Part shown: positions 63,674 through 64,000 of the stretch, in pieces
Layout: every line of letters starts with the position of its first letter
Position numbering within the stretch: the first letter of the stretch is position 1
Assembly: GCA_964016885.1 (NCBI GenBank)
Contig: OZ024743.1
Span: 63,736,001 to 63,800,000 of the forward strand
Source of the DNA: Eledone cirrhosa
Taxonomy: Eukaryota
Length of the DNA: 64,000 nt
Direction of reading: 5' to 3'
Notes under the pieces: model-generated
Database searches by the model: none
What the model saw: only the letters and a program-made list of their open reading frames with translations
Told to the model about the DNA's origin: nothing
Program-made: the position numbers and the translations under genes

Positions 63674-64000
63674 CATAACCCCATCTCCCCCGCTCCCCAC
63701 CGCTCCCACCCTCCAAACGCAATCCAAAACTTCAGAGTTGGTACCATGAATGTAGGCACCTTAAAGGGTCGCTCTAACGAGGTTGTAGAAATGCTCGAAC
63801 GTAAGGAGGTCGATGTTTGTTGTATTCAAGAGACCAGGTGGAGGGGTGGGTCTGCTAGATTCATTGAGGATAAAAAACGATGCTATAAGCTTTTCTGGGT
63901 GGGAAATGACGATGGGCTGGGTGGAGTAGGAATCATGGTAGCAGAAAAGTGGGCAGATAAGATAATAGACGTAAATAGAGTGAACGACAGAATAATTAAA
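63674..64000 (+). mobile_element. 5' end of an RTE-clade LINE ORF (APE endonuclease), open to the window edge
   Basis: FRVGTMNVGTLKGRSNEVVEMLERKEVDVCCIQETRWRGG...GGVGIMV...VNRVNDRIIK; same family as 25290-27936. Confidence 0.9.

Overview
Eukaryotic, AT-rich, repeat-saturated window in which I found no host protein-coding gene, tRNA/rRNA gene or CRISPR array. The mix of RTE, CR1, R4/Dong and CRE LINE remnants, tRNA-derived CORE-type SINEs and dense (TA)n tracts suggests an invertebrate, possibly a cephalopod (inference only). A ~21 kb satellite of 72/78-bp monomers with 0.9-3 kb higher-order blocks (27.9-48.8 kb) produces the giant repetitive ORFs. It truncates an RTE LINE on its left and runs into the 3' end of a CRE-clade element on its right. 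The most notable unannotated signal is a set of type I hammerhead-ribozyme (HHR) motifs from several families. One lies in a non-coding ~669-nt tandem unit with an added inverted copy (7.0-8.5 kb) that resembles a retrozyme or non-autonomous Penelope element. Two unrelated HHRs (7.4 kb, 53.6 kb) share a long stem II closed by A-A mismatches. All calls are by eye; the boundaries of decayed elements are approximate.
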